Shown here in pieces: positions 59,291-64,000 of a stretch of 64,000 nucleotides of DNA. Numbering within the stretch: position 1 is the first letter of the stretch; every line of letters starts with the position of its first letter. Position numbers and translations under genes: made by a program. The stretch comes from the human T2T-CHM13v2.0 reference genome, Homo sapiens, in NCBI RefSeq assembly GCF_009914755.1, contig NC_060939.1. One strand, written 5' to 3'. The notes beneath the pieces are model-generated. The model was not told the origin of the DNA, ran no database searches, and saw nothing but the letters and a program-made list of their open reading frames with translations.

Positions 59291-62018
59291 TGTATTAGTC
59301 CATTTTCACACTGCTATAAAGAACTACCTGAGATTGGGTGTATTAGTCCATTCTCATGCTGCTATAAAGAAACACCTGAGACTTGGTAATTTATAAAGGA
59401 AAGAGGTTTAATTGACTCACAGTTCCACTTTGTTGGGAAAGCCTCAGGAAACTTACAATTATGGCAGAAGGCAAAGGAGAAGCAGGCAGGATGGAATGAG
59501 TGCAAGCAGGGGAAATGCCAGATGCTTATAAAACCATCAGATCTCATGAGACTCGCTATCACAAGAACAGCATGGGGGAAACCTCTCCCATGATCCAATT
59601 ATCTCCACCTGGTCCCACCCTTGACACATGGGGATTATGGAGATTACAAATCAAGGTGAGATTTTGGGTGGCGACACAGCCAACCCATATCACTGGGTGA
59701 TTTATGAAGAAAAAAGGTTTAACTGATTCACAGGTCTGCATGGCTGGGTAGGCCTCAGAAAACTTACAATCATGGCAGAAGGCAAAGGGGAAGCAAGGCA
59801 TGTCTTACATGGCAGCAGAGAGAAAGCAAGAAGGGAAGTGCCACACTTTTAAATCATCAGATCTCAAGAGAACTCATGTACTATCATGAGAACAGCATGG
59901 GTAGAAATTGCCCCCATGATCCAATTACCTCCCACCAAGTCCCTCTCCTGACACATGGGGATTATAATTCCAGATGAGATTTGGGTGGGGACACAGAGCC
60001 AAACAATATCATTCTGCCCCTGACCCTCCCAAATCTCATGTCCTTCTCACATTTCAAAACCAATCATGCATTTCCAACAGTTCCCCAAAGTCTTAACTAA
60101 TTAACCCAAAATTAAACCAGAATTAACCCAAAAGTCCAAGTCCAAAGTCTCATCTGAGACAAAGCAAGTCCCTTCTGCCTATGAGCCTGTAAAATAAAAT
60201 ACAAATTAGTTACTTACAAGATACAACGGGGGTACAGGCATTGGGTAAATGCTCCCATTCGGAATGGGAGAAATTGGCTCAAACCAAGGGCCTACAAGCC
60301 CCATGCAAGTCTGAAACCCGGCAGGGCAGCCATTAAATCTTGAAACTCCAAAATCTCCTTTGACTCCATGTCTCACATCCAGGGCACGCTGATGCAAGAC
60401 ATGGTCTCCCAAGGCCTTGGGCAGCTCTACCCCTGTGGATCTGTAGGGTTAAAGCTCCTGCAGCTGCTTTCATGGGCTGGTGTTGAGTGCCTGTGGCTTT
60501 TCCAGGCACACAGTGCAAGCTCCCAGGGGATCTACCATTCTGGGGTTTCGAGAACAGTGGCCCTCTTCTCACAGCTCCACTAGGCAGTGCCCCAGTGGGA
60601 ACTCTGGGTGGGGGTTTCAACCCCACATTTCCCCTCTGCATTGCCCTAGCAGAGGTTCTTCATGAGGGCTCTGCCCCTGCAGCAGACTTCTGCCTGGACA
60701 TCGAGGCATTTCCATACATCCTTTGAAATCTAGGTGGAGGTTCCCAAAGCTCAACTCTTGTCTTCTTTGCACCTGCAGGCCCAACACCATGTGGAAGCCA
60801 CCAAGGCTTGGGGCTCGTACCCTCTGAAGCAATGGCCTGAGCTGTACCTTGGCCCCTTTTAGCCATGGCTGGAGCTGAAGCAGCTGGGATGCAGGATGCC
60901 ATGTTGTGAGGCTGTGCAGAGCAGTGGGGCAGTAGGCCTGGCCCACAAAACCATTTTTCCCTCCTCGGCCTCCAGGCCTGTGATGGGAGGGGCTGCTGTG
61001 AAGATCTCTGACATGCCCTGGAAACATTTTCCCCATTGTTTTGGCATTAACATTCAGCTTCTCCTTACTCATGCAAATTTCTGCAGCTGGCAGCTTGAAT
61101 TTCTCCCCAGAAAGTGGGTTTTTATTTTCTATCACATGGTGAGACTGCAAATTTTCCCAACCTTTACACTCCGCTTCCCTTTTAAACATAAGTTTCAATT
61201 TCAGACTATCTCTGTGAACACATATGAGCATACAATTTTAGAAACAGCCAGGTCACATCTTGAATGCTTTGTTGCTTAGAAATTTCTTCTGCCAGATACC
61301 CTCAATCATCTCTCTCAAGTTCAATGTTCCACAGATTTCTAGGGCAGGGGCAAAATGCTGCCGGTCTCTTTGTAAAGCATAGAAAGAATGACCTTTGCTC
61401 CAGTTCCCAGTAAGGTCCTCATCTCCACCTGAGACCACCTCAGCCCAGACTTCATTGTCCATATCACTATTTTTGATCATATAAGCATTTTGATCAAAAC
61501 CATTCAACATGTCTCTAGAAAGTTCCAAATTTTCCCACATCTTCCTGTCTTCTTCTGAGCTCTCCAAATTGTTCCAACCTCTGCCCATTACCCAGTTCCA
61601 AGCTACTTCCACATTTTCAGTTATCTTTCTAGCAGTGCCCCAAACTCCTGGTACCAATTTTCTCTATTTGTCTGTTTTCACACTGTTATGAAAAACTACA
61701 TAAGACATGGTAATTTATGAAGAAAAAAGGTTTAACTGACTCACATTTCCATTTGGCTGGGAGGTCTCAAAACTTAGAATCACAGTGGAAGGCAAAGGAG
61801 AAGCAAGACATGTCTTACATGGCAGCAGGAGAGCGAGTGAGCAAGAAGTGCCAAACTTTTAAACCATCAGATCTCATGAGAACTCACTCAGTGTTACAAG
61901 AACAGCATGGGGGAAATCACCCCCATGATCCAAACACCTCCCACCAGGTCCCTCCTCTGACACATGGGGATTACAATTTGAGATGAGATTTGGGTGGGGA
62001 CAGAGACAAACCATATCA
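59291..62018 (-). mobile_element. Full THE1D/MSTA-type MaLR: 5' LTR 61663-62018, internal 60012-61662, 3' LTR 59291-60011 (interrupted)
   Basis: LTR-internal-LTR layout with a perfect 5-bp TSD gtagt at 59286-59290 and 62019-62023. The internal region carries frameshifted MaLR ORF pieces. Confidence 0.93.
59339..59692 (-). mobile_element. THE1C/D solo LTR nested in the 3' LTR
   Basis: Complete tgtattagtcc...ccatatca unit flanked by ttggg/ctggg. Confidence 0.9.
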
Positions 62019-62369
62019 GTAGTTAAACATAATTTTGAAAAAGAAAACAGGAATTGTACATTATGTAAAATAAGGTTCTATGAGGCTATAAAAGAGACGA
62101 AAATGATGAGGAAAGGAAATTATAATCAGTAAAACAGAATTATGAAATATGACTGAGAGATAAAGACACTGTAATTCAGAGATAAAGAGACATGTATTTT
62201 ACTAAGTTCCCCCAAAATACACAATTAATACTGCAAGTTTGTGCACAGCAAACCATAAAGTCACCTAGAAGCTTTCACTTTCAGTCAATGAATGTAGTAA
62301 ATACATTTTTGCCAGGAAAAAAAAAAATGCTGAACAGATAACTCCTTATCTATTTACCACTCACTATCT

Positions 62370-62792
62370 ATGTGGCACCCACAGACTTTTTTGTAAGATG
62401 ATGTCCCTCTGTCAATAACTAATTGGTTCAATACTGGGTGCCCCAAGCTGGTTCAATAGTGGGTATTCTGTTTCTCAGAAATTTGAAATTGGAACTAAAG
62501 GATTTCAATTTCAAGCTAAAATGGACACTTCAACAGAGAGATATAATCTTGGAAACCACAGAGCAGCCATATTTTTTACCATGTGATCTGGGGATCTGGG
62601 AAAACCTGTCTATTCAAAGAAAATGGAAAGGATAAGCAAAGAGAAGCAGTGATGAGAAATAAGAATTTTTTGAAAGTGCTCCAATCCCTGGTCCCAGTTT
62701 CATTAAATTTTTTTCTGTCCTTGAAACTTTTTGAATCTTAAACTAGCTTAACTTTGTTTCTGTCATTTGTAGCCCAAGACTCAATTAATATA
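62370..62792 (+). mobile_element. Old MLT1 (J/K/L-type) LTR
   Basis: aattggttca...gcagccatattttttaccatgtga...tttctgtcatttgtagcccaagactcaattaata. Confidence 0.6.
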
Positions 62793-63490
62793 TTACTCAA
62801 AGGCATATTAGGCATATAATAAATATGAACTAGAATTATAGCCAGAACTTATTTTCATAATCTTTTGCAGGGATGAGTCTATATCTTTCTCATGTTTAAA
62901 TTTTTCTGAATAATCATAAAAAATACCTACCCAAGAGCAAATATTTAGAAAGTTCTCTGCAACATAATGTTAAGTAAAAAAATACCCTAAGGCATACAAC
63001 AGTGTATACAGAATAAGATCTCTTTTGTCTAATAATAAAAGGTTAGATATTAAACCATTTTTTCTGGAACAGTATACAGAAACTATAAAGTATTTTGCCT
63101 TAGGAGGATAGAGAACAAAATTCTCTACCTTCATGTGCCGTTTTATTTGTCTAATAATGTACTTTTAAAAGGAATATTAATAAGAGTTACCTGGATTATA
63201 CATTTTTTAATGTTTTATACATTTTTCTGTACTAAAAATCTATAATGATTACTTTTTAAAAGTATCAAAAAGAAACTATTTTTAACAAACAGCTAAACAA
63301 AACTATTTAATATGCATAAGCCCAGAAGAAAACCCTTTATGTAGAAGAGGCACCCAAATGTAAAGAAAACACCCCAAGGCTACAAGACTATTTGAGCAAT
63401 TATCTTCTTACTTGGCCTAAATCTCTTCCAGGCTCACCAGCTCTTTTTCAACTGCACTTCAATCATTGGGTTAATTTGTACTTCACTTAC

Positions 63491-63531
63491 ACAGTAAAGT
63501 CTGAGATTCCTGTGGCTCTTTCTTACTCTTC
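63491..63531 (-). other. Candidate alternative (poison or terminal) DPH6 exon, 41 bp
   Basis: A 54-nt AG-free pyrimidine tract ends cctttag|GAAGAGTAA, with a CTGAC branch-like motif at 63595-63599 and a donor TGT|gtaagt at 63490. No transcript evidence is available here. Confidence 0.4.
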
Positions 63532-64000
63532 CTAAAGGAAGAAAGGAAGGAAGGAAAGAAAAAAAGAAAAACAAATAAGAAGACAGGCTGAATTGTCAGT
63601 CATAAAGAGAGGTTTGTAGTAGACCAAATGAATGTGAGTAACTAATACATGAACTATACTCCACCAATATAAAACATAATACCTTCAGTCTATTTGACCA
63701 AAAAATGAACAGTTATGAATTGCTATGTTTTTAAGCCATATGTGTGTGACCACATAAAGCCATATAATGACAGCAATCTGCTGTGCCAAATTTCTTTAGG
63801 TCCATGATTATACAAAAGAATATTTTCTTGCAGTAAATTCATGTGTGCGATTCATTCATGCTATTTTACTTAGAATTTCTCTTTTCTGAGATAGCCTCCT
63901 GGGACATGCATCTCATTTTCATGAGGGTCCCTGAGAGACTTGAGCATACAGTATTTACTTCACTACAATATCAACAACATATTGCAGAACATTTCATCTA

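Noticed and set aside
60206-61657. Cluster of ORFs up to 204 aa
   Set aside because: Frameshifted remnants of the MaLR internal region, not a host gene.

Overview
AT-rich, CpG-poor primate (human or great-ape) genomic DNA. The window lies inside the DPH6 (ATPBD4, diphthine-ammonia ligase) gene on the minus strand. Two short coding exons, both missed by the ORF track, are at 28093-28166 (EKEEVEGISVGAILSDYQRIRVENV) and 24039-24157 (CKRLNLQPLAYLWQRNQEDLLREMISSNIQAMIIKVAALG). They have canonical GT-AG sites and matching phases. Everything else is intron. It holds about 19 Alu/FRAM/FAM pieces, L1/L2/MIR fragments, Tigger/MER/MARNA DNA-transposon fossils and several LTR elements. The LTR elements include a MER61-type ERV1 provirus whose 3' LTR is cut by an L1PA, an old MER110-like ERV1, and a full THE1-type MaLR with a second solo LTR nested in its 3' LTR. 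Three ancient CR1 LINE fossils still read as reverse transcriptase. None of the listed ORFs is a credible gene, and I found no evidence of a new multi-gene system. The best leads are a candidate stop-containing (poison or terminal) DPH6 exon at 63491-63531, the unusually legible CR1 fossils, inverted Alus bracketing the exons, and several retrotransposition scars. Repeat subfamily names come from recalled consensus sequences and need RepeatMasker/Dfam confirmation.
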